A stretch of 64,000 nucleotides of DNA from the human T2T-CHM13v2.0 reference genome, Homo sapiens: assembly GCF_009914755.1 (NCBI RefSeq), contig NC_060937.1. One strand, 5' to 3'. This document shows positions 25,548-40,299 of the stretch, piece by piece. The position numbers and the translations under genes were made by a program. Position 1 is the stretch's first letter; every line of letters starts with the position of its first letter. Below the pieces are notes generated by a model that did not search any database, had not been told where the DNA came from, and worked only from the letters and a program-made list of their open reading frames with translations.

Positions 25548-26629
25548 TATATTTGAATATGTATTAGTTGTCCTAGGATATTGTTTTCCTCCTTCTTGTC
25601 CTTTTTTTTTTTTGGTACAAAGTGAACATCATTTCTAGTCTCCTTATCTTGTTTGATTCCTACCCCAATTTTCCATTTCTATTGAAAATGTGAAGACTGG
25701 CCAGTAAGTGAATTGTTGTTTGAATTTTGTTGTGATTTACACAAAAATAAAAGCACATATTTATAATACATTGCAAGTTCTAAGAGATATTCATTTCCCT
25801 TCAGCATAAGAAATTGTAATATGTTTGCTTCCAATAAATTTCCCCTTTTTTGGTTTAAATATTAGTATCTATCTGTTAAATATTGGTAAAATTTCAGTGT
25901 TGAAATGTTTTATTACTTGGCTCTCCTTCTATAAGTTCCCTTTACTTTAGATGAGTCATATTCTCCCTATTTCCCGTCATCAGAAAAAAGGAAATCATTG
26001 TAGGAGATACCAGTCCACTTGTGGATTGACTATATATCGGCAGTGAGAAGATTTTCTTATCATTAGAATTATGATTATCATTTGGCTCCACTATTGATGC
26101 CATATATTTTTCCTTCTTTTAGGCCCAACACTACCTCTTAGTCAATTCTAATATTATGTACCTCTTTATATTCTTGGATCTTTTGAAAAGTTTATATGTC
26201 CTACATAGTTATCTTAAGGTCCAGCACATCATTTTCTGGAATTGATTATCTTAGCTATCCTTGCTTCATTGCCAGAGAGAATCCTATCTCCATAACCTTG
26301 GAAGGATGATTTTTCCATAAGGATGTCTTAAAATCTGTGTTTGTCCTATAGAACTTTTACTGCTTACTCTGTAACTATGGAAAAACTCATAAATCTTTGC
26401 CACACCTTGAGATTTTATTGGTTATGCATTTTTGCCCACTCTCATGTAGCTCTGCCGAGGGTATTATCTTTGAGAAACTCAGATGTCTCCACTCCTGCCT
26501 GCCAGCACTTATTAGCAAAACAAAATGACGGCCATTGTATTCTCACACATTCAACTAAACTATTTTCCATCTTACATGTAGCTCTACTGAAAAAGAATTC
26601 AGAAACAGGTCATAAGATAACCAAAAACA

Positions 26630-26830
26630 AAGCAAGGGATTGGGAGAGAGGTGAGCTCAGGACTCAAACAAAAGGGGGAAAAATGAAGAGCCAAGCACAG
26701 AGTAAATATATGGAACATTTGAGGAAGGTGTGCTAAAAACAAGTCATGATAAGAACTGAAAAGTCTCCATTAGATTTCATGGCTAAGAGGTGATAAGTGA
26801 GGATGAATAATAGGCTGAATGGATTGCAGT
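26630..26830 (-). mobile_element. L2 fragment
   Basis: GTCATGATAAGAACTGAAAAGTCTCCATTAGATTTCATGGCTAAGAGGT, antisense L2 motif. Confidence 0.55.
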
Positions 26831-28012
26831 ATGTATTCATAGTATCGTTTTCCATTCGCCTTTTCTAGAATTAGCTGATTAATGATTATCTTCATAAATA
26901 AATAATAGATTTCATAAACGTAGACAGTACAATGTCCTCATTTGTATGTATGAAGTATATACAAATAATAGACATAGAAAACTCACGTATAGTATATGTG
27001 CTTTGTTCTGTTTAATTTTAATTTCAAATCTCATTTAATTCGTCCTACAGTTCCCATGACTAAAAATTGATGAACCCATAATTTAAAGAAACATAGTGCC
27101 ATCCAGAATCCATCTCTGAACTTCAGTAATCATGTGTAGTTAGACACTATATTAATGTAAAAACTGTTGAATAAAAGGATCATAAGATTGTCTCAATGTG
27201 ACAAAAAATGAAGCTAGTAGGATGAAAATGATGTACAACAGACATATGCTTTACCAATTTATGATCTTTACTTGTTCCATACAGTGTTAAAGAATATAAA
27301 ATAATTTAAAAATAAGGAAAGTTACATTAATATACAAATTTCAAAGTATTTGGCAGGGGAAAATGATATCTGTAATATTGGGCTACACATTACTGCCAAA
27401 CCTGGATCGCTAAACACACTTGACTGAAGCTGCATAGTGTGTACTGTCTGTTCATTGAAAATAAGAATTTAACTTCAGGCTTAGTGTATCCTTCTTAACT
27501 TCTTAATCTTTTAAATTATTTATGTTTGCTACTTGGTTCCTGTAAACATTAAAGTCTATGTTTCCTAGTGTAGAGAATACTTTTCACATTAAAAAAAAAA
27601 GTATAGATGAAAAACTTGCTGTGGAAGGAAGGTTAAACATCCAAGAAATGGGATCTGGGTCTATACAAGATGTCAGAGAGCAATTTCTTTTGTTTCTTCC
27701 TATTAAAACAACTATAATCCCTGGAGATGGTGCACAAGACAACCAAAGGAGAACTCTGAGAGCGTAAGAAAAAGTCAAGCTGGTTTGGGAACTCAAGGAG
27801 GAGCAGGACATCAGCAGATCTTTTTTCATCCCCCCTGTAAAAAAAAAAAAAAAATTACAGAAAGCCCCTCAGACTATGAGTTTACTGACCCTGCATCTAA
27901 GAGAAGGAATCCCATAGAACCAGTAGAAATCCCCCAGGAAACACCAGGCAATTTCTACATCACTCACAGGAAAAATAACTAGGAGAAGGCTGTCATTAAA
28001 AATAAGCATACA

Positions 28013-28330
<318 letters not shown>

Positions 28331-29844
28331 CCACATACAGGGGAAATAATCTCTTTATCATGACTGAGAATCAGTTTCTCCTTTGAGAGACACTGGAGTG
28401 AACAAATCCTCAAAAAGGGGCCCAGTCACAGAAAATGGTCCAACCCAGATAACGTCTTTATTCATTCTGGTTAAGACTTGTCTCTACTCAGAGACACCAG
28501 GGAAGTCAGATGTCACTGATAGGATGCCGCTTAGCCCTCCACCATCTGAGAGTTGCCAGCAGGCACCAGATTAACCAAACAGATAAAAATAACACTAAAA
28601 GGCTCTGGAAACTAAATTGTCATTTGAACCACAGCTCAAAACAGAAGGCCAAGATCATCACTGTGGTAAATGTAAATATACTGAATGCCTACCAAATATT
28701 TTTTAAAAAGAGCTAGCTGGGACTCAAAATCTCTTAATATAATGGGCACAATGCCTAGGATAAAGTAGAAAATAGCCCATCATATCCAAAACCCAGTAAA
28801 TCACAACTTAAATGAGAAAAAAAAAATCAACCGATGCCAATACTGAGAAGAATAATATGCTAGGATTAACTGACAGGAATTTTAAAGCAGATGTCATAAA
28901 ATTGCTTTAGCAATCGCTACAACTATTATTGATGAAAATAAAATGGAAAACATCAGCAAGTAAATGAAGTTATAATAAAATAAATATTTGGAAATTGTTA
29001 CCATAAAATGCCAAGTTAAATACAAAAATTAAAACATAATACACACTAATAATGCACAATAAAGTATTACAATGCAATATAATAACAAAAACAAAAAGTT
29101 AAACATAAAAAAGCTTGCTCAGCAGGGTTACTAGCAGATTGAAGATCAGAAAGCATGAAACAAGCAAACCTGAGGACAGAAAAATAAAATATTCACCCAC
29201 TGTTAAAAAAGAGAGAGAAAATTGACTATAATTTAAAAATACACAGAGCCTGAGAATCATATAGGAATAAGCAAATAATCAGTATTTGTATCACTAAATA
29301 TCCATAATAATGTACAGTGAGATTAGGTCTGAAAGAGTATTCAAAAAAGCAATGTCTGAAAACTTGCCAAAAAAATAGTCAATTATGAATTTTAAATCTG
29401 GTAAAATTATTCTTCAAGAATAAAGAAAAAATGAAACATTCTCAGATGAAGTAAAACTAAAAGGATTTTTATCCTAGCAGACCTGCCCTTAACAAAATTG
29501 GCTAAAGGAAGTTATTCAAATTTAATAAAGGAAGCAATATTGAAACATGACAAAATAAACAAGGAATAATGGAAAAAGCAGAAATGTGGATGAATGCAAG
29601 CAATAGACTTTTCTTTTCCTGAGGAGTTTTTAAAATCATATTTGATGATTTAAATAGAAACTCTAACACAATCTGATATTTAATACAATAATATTTGAAA
29701 GTGGTGGAGATAAGAAGAATTAAGGGAAATGTGGTTTCCCTGTTTCACTCAAGTACTGAGTAAAATATTCAAACCAGTAGACTAATATAAGTCACATAGG
29801 TGTATTAGAAACACCAGGCCAACCTCTACAAAAATTACATTACC

Positions 29845-30120
29845 CCAAGAGAAATAACTCGGGAAAAGACAATCAATACCGCATGTTCTCACTTGTAAGC
29901 AGGAGGTAAACAACGGATACACATGGACATATGGAGGAAAATACTAGACACTGAGGCCTCCAAAGGGGGGGAGATTGGGAGGGAGAGAGGGTTTAAAAAT
30001 TATCTCTTGGGTATATTGTTCACTGTTCAGGAGATGGGTACACAAGAAGCCCAAACCCCACCTTTATGCAATATATCCATGTAACCAACTTGCATATGTA
30101 CCACCTGAATCCATTATATC
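29845..30120 (+). mobile_element. L1PB-like 3' end fragment
   Basis: ATACCGCATGTTCTCACTTGTAAG...GATGGGTACACAAGAAGCCCAAAC...ATGCAATATATCCATGTAAC. Confidence 0.8.
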
Positions 30121-31592
30121 TATGGATTCGAAGTGTGTGTGTGTGTTTACATAAAGAGATGCACTCAATACACTATAAATAAAGAAACTAAATCCTAAGT
30201 AATTTTCAGGTAACCTTCAGTAAGGCAAGGAAAGATATACAGGGAAATAAGAACCCCAAAAGATATATTTAAAGCAAATAACGGAATAGCACACCTAAGT
30301 GGCAACATACCAATAACTAACTTAAATGCCAATGATCTATGTACAGCAATCAAAAGATAGAAATTAACAGAGTGAATTAAAACAAAATTATACAGCTCTT
30401 ACAAGAAAGTCATTTCTAAATCAATAAAACTGGTAGTATAAAAGTGAAAGGCTGGGAAAAAAAATGTAACATGCCCACGTTTTAAAAAATCAGGAGTACA
30501 TCTGAACCAAAGTACAGACACTCAAAATACATGAATCAAAAATGAATAGACCAGAAAGAAAACGTACAGATAAATATAAAATTAGGTCTGTGGACTTCAA
30601 ACTCTACCATGCTCCCAGCTACTTATTGATCTACTAAACGGAAAATAAGCAGGAATAAGCATTTTATGTATGAATAACACACTCAACCAACAGGAACAGA
30701 TTGATATACATATAACACTCCACCTAATAACAGTAGAATACACATTTATATTTTTTCCAAGTGCCATAAAATATTCACCATGATAAAGTATATGAACCAT
30801 AAAACAAATGTAAAGAAATGAAAAAAATTGGAATCACAGTAACAGAAGAGAAAATATATATTCAAAGAGAGAAAATTAAACAGCATACTTCTAAAAAATC
30901 TGTGGTTCAAAGAAAAAGTCTCAAAAGAAATATTTTTAAAAATGCATAGAACTAAACAAAATCAAAGGACTACATATGAAAATATTTGAGATATGCTTAA
31001 AACTATGTTTAGAGAGATTAGTAGTACTAAATGCTTACATTAGTAATATGAAATGGTCTCAAATCAACACTATTAAAATTAGGAAAAAAATAGAATTTCA
31101 ATGAAATTAAAAAATGCTTCTTTGAAAAGTTGCTTTAAAAAATGAAGCTGTAGCCACACTAACAAAAATGATAGGGGAAAAATACATAAACTAATAATAT
31201 CATATGTGAAACAGAGAATAGACCTAAACCTTCTACAGTCATTAAAAGATAATAGGTGAATATTAAAACAACTGTATTTTTCATAAATTTAACAGCTTAA
31301 AAGAAATGGACTTATTCCTTGAACTCCATAAACTACCAAAAGTTAGCTAAGATGAAATAGACAATCTGAACAACCGACAAATATATGGAATCTATAATTA
31401 CATAGCTCAATCCAAAATAAATATAGAGGCTCAGGTGGTTTTACAGAAGAATTTAGCCAAAAGCTTAATAAAAAATTAACACAACTTTGCAATCTCTTCC
31501 AGAAAATAGAGGTGGAGGAATCACATTTGTACTTAATTTATGAGGCCATTATTACACTGATACCCAACCAAAGACATTACAAATAAACTTGC

Positions 31593-32040
31593 TGTTTTAG
31601 TCTGTTTTGTGTTGCTATAATGGAATACCTGAGACTGGGAAATTTATAAAGAAAAGAGGTTTATTTGACTCATAGTTCAGGCTGTACAAGAAGCATGGTG
31701 CCAGCATCTGTTTGGCTTCTGGTGAGAGCCTTGTGCTGCATCAAAACATGGCAGAGAAACTCAAAGGGAAAGCAGGTGCATGTGAAGAACAACCAAATAG
31801 GAAGAGGAACCTCACTTTATAAGAACCTACTCCAATGGAGACTAATTTATTCTCTGAAGAACGAATCCCATTTTGCCAGAATGAGGACACACAACCTCAA
31901 GGGGAGTGCTAAGCCTCTCATGAGGAATCTACCCCCATAATCCAGACCATCATCCCTGGTACCAACACTGCCACACTGGGGATCAAATTTCAACACGAGT
32001 TTTGTGGGAGGAAAAGTAAATCGTATATAAACCACAGCCA
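31593..32040 (-). mobile_element. MSTB-like MaLR solo LTR
   Basis: TTAGTCTGTTTTGTGTTGCTATAATGGAATACCTGAGACTGGG...AAGCATGGTGCCAGCATCTG...GGGATCAAATTTCAACACGAG. Confidence 0.88.
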
Positions 32041-32849
32041 CTACAGATTAATATCTCTCATGAACCTTATGTGCACAAAAATTCTCAACCAAATAATAGA
32101 GTCATCATTGAGAATGAAAGTAAGGTATGAATTAATTTGAAAAAAAAATGCCAAGCAAAAATAGACACAACAGGATGGAAGATCATAGATTACTCATCTT
32201 AATTACACCCTTTATGTAACTGAACTTTTTTTTCCCAGCAGCATTCATCTTTGCAAGTTGGGAGTGAAGTCATGTTATTAAAATGATCCATAAAAAGAGG
32301 CTTATAGATGGAATGAGAAACCATCAAATTGTTTCTTTATACAAATTCCACATTGTGATTAACACAAGAATCCTATGAAGAGCAAAACTCCTGGTCTTAC
32401 TGATCACAAAAAGAAAATAAATTTACCACTTTCTGGGCATATCTTTCTAATCTCTGTCAAAAAAATAATGATGATTTTGTCATGGTACAGATACTAATTT
32501 CTGTGCAGCAAATAGTGGAATAATATTAGATGTTGAGGTTACTACTATAAATCAAAAAGTAATAATTGAAAGTCAGCCTTTATAAGCAGAAATCTTGAAT
32601 GAAAAGAGTAATACATTTTATAAGTTAAGGTTTATGATAGTTTAATTGATATCAATTTACAATGATTAGTCTTCATATATTAATCATATGCTGACATTCA
32701 ATATAATTATTTGAAGACAATCCATAGAAATCCATCATTTTAAATGTTGGTTAACATTTCACTCTGTAATTAATGTCATCCAGGCTGTACAGTTTGGTAG
32801 TTTCTCCTTCCATTTTTAGAAAACCTATGCAATATTTCTCTGTGTGTAT

Positions 32850-34130
32850 GTTTAGGGAGGAGGGATTTCTGCAGATTCTTTCAATAGTGTCTAAGCCAGA
32901 TTCAAACCACTTCTTTCCATTTTTCTCATTTCTGCTAACTCATACATAATCTCATTGTCAATTAACAGGTCTATTGACTTTTATAATACCAGTGACCCAT
33001 TCTGACCCCCAAGGTTCCAACCAGTACCTTCCCAATATTTTCTAATCCTTGTGGGAATAGTGAACATTTGAAAATGTAAATTTGACATATTACCCCACTT
33101 TTACTAAATAGTTTTGAACTACTTCTCTCACTTTCAGAACACTTTTAGTCGTAAATTTTACATATCATGCAGAGGCCTACATGGCTAGATATTTATTACA
33201 TCTGATTTTTGGCAAGCTTAGGAACCATTTGTCTTTCCTCTGTTAATAGTTCCCCAATTTTTCTTACAGGATACAGACATCTGCCATCGTAATATAATAG
33301 TTCATATGATTTAAGCTGAAAGTGTCAGATGTGACTTAGACTACGTTATCCATTTCATACCATCCCTCTAACCACAGGTATTTATTGAAAGATATAGCAG
33401 AAGACCCAAATAGATTCAATTCATAACAGTCCAAAGGTTGTTAGAATTTTCATGAAAGAAGATCCTTATTGTTGAGGTTCAGAACTGATGGAAACTAAAT
33501 ATCATGGAAGCCATCTTGTGTGAATGAGAAAGGAGCCAATTAAAAGTGAAGACAATGCAATAAACTTCCAAGCCAAGCAATTACAAAAGAGTCAATTCTT
33601 GGTTGCATCATTTAAATAGTAAATTCAATCATACCTAAATTTTTCAATTATTCAAGTCAGTTATATTTTACGTATGTATTTATTTATTTATTGCTAAGGG
33701 AAGCCTGATTTTGTTTCCATAACTAATAATTAAAATACCCTGTCTAATATTTATTTTTCCATTCTCCCCTGGCATGACAGGTCTCCTGACTTTTCTTTTT
33801 CACAGTGCCTTTTTGAAATCTGTCCCCAGTTTCTTAGTATTCTTCTCTTTAAAATATGCCTAATGAACCATTAATTTCAGTTCAATTATTATTTCCTCAG
33901 GGAATTCTTCCCTTAAGCCTTAAATTGGCAAGTTCTACTTTTAAACACCTCATTAGGTCCATAAATCACTCATTCAGAAACTTTTGAGGCTAAAAATTTT
34001 ACATTGTTTTCTGTGTTTATCTGAATAGTAACTGACTCTCACACTAAAATATAAGCTGCTTAAGAGAAGACTATTTTATCTCTGGCCTGGTCCATAATTG
34101 GTACTCAAAATTGATAATACATTTTAAGTT
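32850..34130 (+). mobile_element. L2 fragments interrupted by an old MLT1(J/K-like) LTR (~33290-33750)
   Basis: L2 motifs AAAATGTAAATTTGACATATTACCCC, TTCCTCAGGGAATTCTTCCCT, ACTAAAATATAAGCTGCTTAAG; MLT1 motif GGAAGCCATCTTG...CCCTGTCTAATA. Confidence 0.55.
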
Positions 34131-34618
34131 CAGTTTATGCATGCACTATTCATTCTACTCATTAGGGTGATTCTGCTAGGTTTATATCCATAACCATTTT
34201 TAACAAGTAAACCTCTTTATCTTGCCAGTTGAATCAGTACCTACTGGCATCAATGAGCTTGTTTAAAGCAAAACAGTGTGTCTCTCATTGTTTTAATCAT
34301 TTCATCCCAAAGTTATGTCCCTATTCCATACTGGCAATCATTCTTTGTATATTATCACATCTATAATGATAATCATTGCCTTACACATGATCAAGCCCTC
34401 CCTACCTTCCAACTGTAAACCATTTAATTGTACACTGAAAAACCACCATTCCATAACTATGTAACTTATTTTTTCTGTATGTTCTCTGAACTATAAAAAT
34501 GCTTTCGCTTGCAGCAAGTAGTATGTTGGAGTTGGCCCATACTGAGAGCTAATTACTAAATTTTCAAACTCTCTGCAAGAGAATCATTATATACAACCAG
34601 TATTAAAATTAAACTATA

Positions 34619-37311
34619 GGGCACATTCAGCAAAGTTGGAAGATTAGGAAGCACCAGGAATCTGTCACCCCACTCAGGCAAGTACATAGGGAAAATCTGC
34701 CTGGAACTCTGGAGCTTATTAAAGTCTTGCAACTTCCAAGGAAAGATTTGGATTGTAAAGTGCGGTTAATTTTGGTCAATTTTAGCTCAGTTCAGCAGCA
34801 GCAACCAATTCTTCACACCCATGGTAAAGAAAAGCCCTGGACCTGATGGCTTCACAAGCTATTTCTACCAAACACTTAAAGAAGCACAAACACCAATCTT
34901 TCTCACACATTTCCAAAAAAAAAAAAAAAGAAAGAAAGAAAGAAAAAAAAAAGAGAGGGAGAAGAGAATGGAACAATGGAACACTTTCTAACTCATACTC
35001 TGGAGCCAACAGCATTGATACTAAAGCCAACGGTACTATTAAAAAAAAAAAACTACAGACCAGTATCCCTTATAAACATTTATGCAAAACTCCTCAAAAA
35101 TATACTAGCAAACCAAACAGAATTTAGCAGCATATTAAGATAATTATAAAACATGAGCAAATGGAATTTATTCCTGGAGTGCAAGGATGATTCGAGATGT
35201 GAAAATTGATTAATGTCATATGCCACATTAATGGAATAAGGAAAAAATACATATGTTAATCTCAGTTGATGCAGAAAAGGTATTTGACAACATACAAGAC
35301 ACTTTTATGATAAATAGAACACTCAGCAAAATATAAATAGAAAAAAGATATATATAATAAGAGCCACATATGAAAAACCTACAATAAAATTATACTTAAC
35401 AGTGAAGGACTGAAAGTTTTTGTGTAAGGTTAAGGAACAAGACAAAGATGCTTGCTTTCACCATTTCTACTTACATAGTATTGGAAATTCAATTAAGAGA
35501 CATTAGACAAAAAAAAAATTAAAAGGCATCCATATTAGAAAGAAAGAAGTAAAATTATCTTTGTTGACAGATGATATGGTCTTACATAGATACAATTCTT
35601 ATTTTTCCACAAAAAAATGATAAAACTGATAAATTCAGCAAAGTGGTAGAATAAGTCAACATGCAAAAATCGATTTCATTTCCATTCACTAACAATGAAC
35701 AATCCAAAAAGGAAGTTTTAAAAAACTAATTTTATTTATAGTAGCATCAAACAAATAAAATACGTAGGAAGTAACCAATGTAGTAAAAGACTTATAGGAT
35801 GAAAATACAAACATTGCTGAAAGAAATTAAATAAATAAAAATAAAATATTTTTTAGAGGACTCACACTTCCTGGGTTCAAAACTTACCACAAAGTCACAG
35901 TAATCAAAGTGGTGTGTTACTGATATAAAGACAGACATACAGGTAAATGGAATGGAATAGTGAGCTCATAAATAAATTCTCACATTTATCAGCAAATAAT
36001 TTTCAAAAAGGATGCCAAGGCCATTCAATGAAGCAAAGACAGTCTTTTTAGATAATGTTGTTGAACAAACTGGATATCTATATGTAAAAAATGCAGTTGG
36101 ACCCATACCTAACACTACATACAAGAATTAAATCAAAATGCATCCATGACCTAAATAAATGTAAGACCTAAAAGTACAGCTGTTATGAGAAAATATAGGG
36201 CAAATGTTTCACAACATTGGCTTTGGCAATGATATCCTAGATATCATACCATAGGCATAAGCAATAAAAAAAACTGGACTTTGCAAATGTCTTCTAAAAG
36301 TTGTGCATCTAAAAACACTATCAACAGAGTGAAAGGGCTACACACAGAACAGGAGAAATATTTGCAAATAATATGTCTATAAGAGGTTAATATACAGAAT
36401 ACATAGAAAATTACTAAAATTAAATATTTTTAAAAAACTGATTCAAAAATGAAACCTGAACTCGATTAGACATTTCTCCAAAGAATATATAAACATGACA
36501 ATTAAACACATGAAAGATGCTCAATATAGCTATTTGGCACATGCAAATCAAAACTACAGTAAGATATCATCTGACATCTATTAGCATTATTGCTATCAGG
36601 AAAACAAAAGAAAAATAACAAGTATTGGCAAGAATGTGGAGAAATGGAACCTCCTGTGCACTTGTGGTGGGAATGTAAAGTGGAACAGGTTTCTTTGGAA
36701 AACCGCTTGGTCGTTTCTCAAATAAGTAAAAATGGAATTATATGATTCAGCAATGCCACTTCTGTGTATACAGCCACAAGATTCGAAAAAAAGGTCTCCT
36801 ACAAATGTTTGTACACTCACGTTTGTAGCAGCATTGTTCGCAATAGTTAAAATGTATAAATGATGCAAGTGTCCATGGACATATGAATGAATACGGAACA
36901 CGTGGTATACACACACAATGGAATGTTATTTAGCCTTAAAATGACAGGAAATTCTGAATATACACTACAACCTTGAGGACATTATGCTAAGTGAAAGAAG
37001 CCAATCACAAAAGGACAAATTTATTATTCTACTTACATGAGGCACTTAGAGTAGTCGAAATTACAGACAGAGGAAGTAGAATGGTGTTTCCAAGGGGCTG
37101 GGGGCAGAGGTTAAGGAAGTGTTACTGGCTAATGTGTATAGAGTTTCAGTAATGGAAGAAGAGAAGTGTCCTGGGGGAAGGATGGTGGTGATGGTTGGTT
37201 GAACAACAGTTACGAATGTACCTAACACCACTGAACTGTATACTTACAAAAGGTTAATATGGTACATTTTATATTACATGTATTTTACCAGAATCTAAAA
37301 CATCCAAAAGT
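34619..37311 (+). mobile_element. L1MB-like LINE, internally deleted (5' end joined to RT region, intact 3' UTR)
   Basis: KKSPGPDGFT codons at 34827-34856; degenerate LFADDM (SLLTDDMVL) at ~35558; L1MB 3' UTR GAGGACATTATGCTAAGTGAAA...CCACTGAACTGTATACTTA; approximate TSD AATTAAACTATA/TAATAAATTATA. Confidence 0.88.
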
Positions 37312-37897
37312 TAATAAATTATATAAGCTAACATTTAACTAAATTATATTAAAGACAAAGGAAATATATATTTACAATTCATAATTTCCTAATTATGCTA
37401 CTTTTTTCTTTTGTCTATGCTATTATGGACATTTATACCTATTTTAGCTATATGATGAAAATATCTCGGCACGGCATAAAATTTCATATGCCAGTGTTGG
37501 AGAAGAGATATGAAGTTGTATGCTGTGTTATCAGTAGTTTAAAATGAGTCTTGGTAAGAGTATTTGCACCATAGAAATTGTTGGCAAACACTACAGGTTG
37601 GGGAATTAATATGTTATTTCTTTTCTCAAATGAGAAAAAGATGGTGGTGGCTGGGGATGAAAATAACGAGTATTAGATCTTAAACTGTGTCACATTGGTA
37701 GACTTTGCATCGTAATTTGGACTCCAAAAATAGAAAATATTTTTCCAGTATTCAAAGAGCATTATCCACTTCAGCAAAGAGTAACTCAGGTCACTGACAG
37801 AGGAATAAAGTTAAAACATAGTACTGAAGTTAAAGTAACTTTCTATTTAACGAAAATAAATTGTAGAATTGTGAAAGATATTTTAACGGTAAACCAC

Positions 37898-38285
37898 TGA
37901 TAAAATTTGACTCTGTGTTTCCATCCAAACTTCCTCTCCAATTGTAATCCCCGGGTGATAAGAGAGGGACCTGTAATCCCCCCATGTGGAAGGAGGGAGG
38001 TGATTGGATCATGGGAGCGGTTTCCCCCATGCTGTTCTCATGATAGTGAGTGAAGTCTCACGAGATCTGATGGTTTTAAAAGTCGCAGTTTTTTTCCTAC
38101 GCTCTCACTTCGCCCTCCTGCCACCTTATGAAAAAACGCCTGCTTCCCCTTCCCCTTCTGCCCTGATTGTAAGTTTCCTAAGACCTCCCCAGTCATTCGG
38201 AACTGTGAGTCAATTAAACCTCTTTCCTTTACAATTACCCAGTCTTGAGTATTTCTTTATTGCAGTGTGAAAACAGACTAATAAA
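37898..38285 (+). mobile_element. THE1D-like MaLR solo LTR
   Basis: TGATAAAATTTGACTCTGTGT...GGATCATGGGAGCGGTTTCCCCCATGCTGTTCTC...CAGACTAATA; 5-bp TSD ACCAC at 37893-37897 and 38286-38290. Confidence 0.9.
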
Positions 38286-38626
38286 ACCACAGATTTAATT
38301 ACAATTTTTTTTGGAAATAAATGTAGGGATAGGCTGCAACTTAAATTATTGAACATGGTTGAATTCAACAATATTTTAGTCATAGATACAAGAATTTGGC
38401 AAATATCAATGTTGAGAATTAGTTGGCTGTATAAAATTTACCTTAAACAATATTGTTTATTTTATTACTATTTTTAAATTTCTTGCTAAATGTTATGTAT
38501 ATTGATTCAATTTATATTATATATGTGTATACAAAACTCTAATACTATAATGAAGCATAATATATAATATTGCATATTATAATACAAATGATACAATATA
38601 TAATACATACTCCGAATAATATATGA

Positions 38627-38794
<168 letters not shown>

Positions 38795-39646
38795 TAATCA
38801 GTCTCCCTCATTTATTAGAGCTTAGATCTTTAGTACACAGTCTATTAATCCACTCAAAACCCCATGATTATCCTAGGTGTTATTAATATTTAAAAATGGG
38901 AATTTCTTTGAAAACCCAGCCCTTCAATTTAATCATCAAGTGATCTTTTGTTCTTCTTACCAAAGGATTTGCTTTTTCCCCCTCATCCATTAATTATAGT
39001 ATATTCTCTTGGTTCAGGAAAGATAAACTTTAGGTAAGAAAATTTCTATCTACTTCTAAAATTTTCATTATAAATGAATCTTGAATTTTAATTACCTGGT
39101 TGTTTTTTGTTCTTTGTTGAAATATTATTATATATTTTCATTTTCCTAGAATAAAACAGGCTTGACTATTACTCTAGATATAACATTATACCTAGTACAT
39201 AGCTGTTTATGACTCAGTAAGAGAATACCTGGTGTAGAAAAGCATCTCACAAATATGTGTACTGACATATTCTAGATTCTAAGTAATATTTTTACAAAAT
39301 TATATTATTAGTTTTGTATGCCTTTACACAAAATAAATTTCACTGGATACATACATACCTTTCTCATATGTATGTCATATTCGACTACTACTAAGAAATA
39401 TTTTTAGAGAGGCAATTTTATTATGAAGATTTAAAGCAACCAAAACACTGCAAAATTTTGACCCATAGATACTATTTGACCACATTTTTAAGGTAATAAT
39501 AATTACTAATGCATAAGTTTTGCCTTGGAGAAAACTGTTCTTTTAATTGGGCTAAAGTTAATTTCCATTTTTACTGAACTAGCTTTTATATAGAAATTAA
39601 TCAAATATTTATATTTAAAACTATGTTTTCAAAGATTTCTGATTAG

Positions 39647-40215
<569 letters not shown>

Positions 40216-40299
40216 GTCTTTCTTTTTAACATCAAATCACTATGGAAATGTTACCATTTGTGACCTTCATTATTGCCTATGTCTCCACAAGGATTTTAT

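Larger units (their letters stand above)
34515..38500 (+). mobile_element. MER63 (C/D-like, hAT-Blackjack) DNA transposon in three pieces (34515-34618, 37312-37897, 38286-~38500)
   Basis: TGTTGGAGTTGGCCCATACT..GAGAGCTAATTACTAAATTTTCA...AAATTAAACTATA | TAAATTATATTAAAGACAAAGG...GAGTATTTGCACCATAGAAAT..GGCAAACACTACA matches the recalled MER63 consensus. Confidence 0.7.

Noticed and set aside
26341-26736. Longest ORF in the track (131 aa)
   Set aside because: Non-ATG start, no recognisable domain, overlaps L2-like sequence; length is compatible with chance in 64 kb
34846-36600. Reverse transcriptase-like coding relic
   Set aside because: Multiple frameshifts, stops, an A-rich expansion and a mutated FADD motif; a dead L1, not a novel RT system
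37942-37985. Repeated TGTAATCCCC in the THE1 LTR
   Set aside because: Small duplication of a kind I recall in THE1/MST variants; no evidence it is specific to this locus
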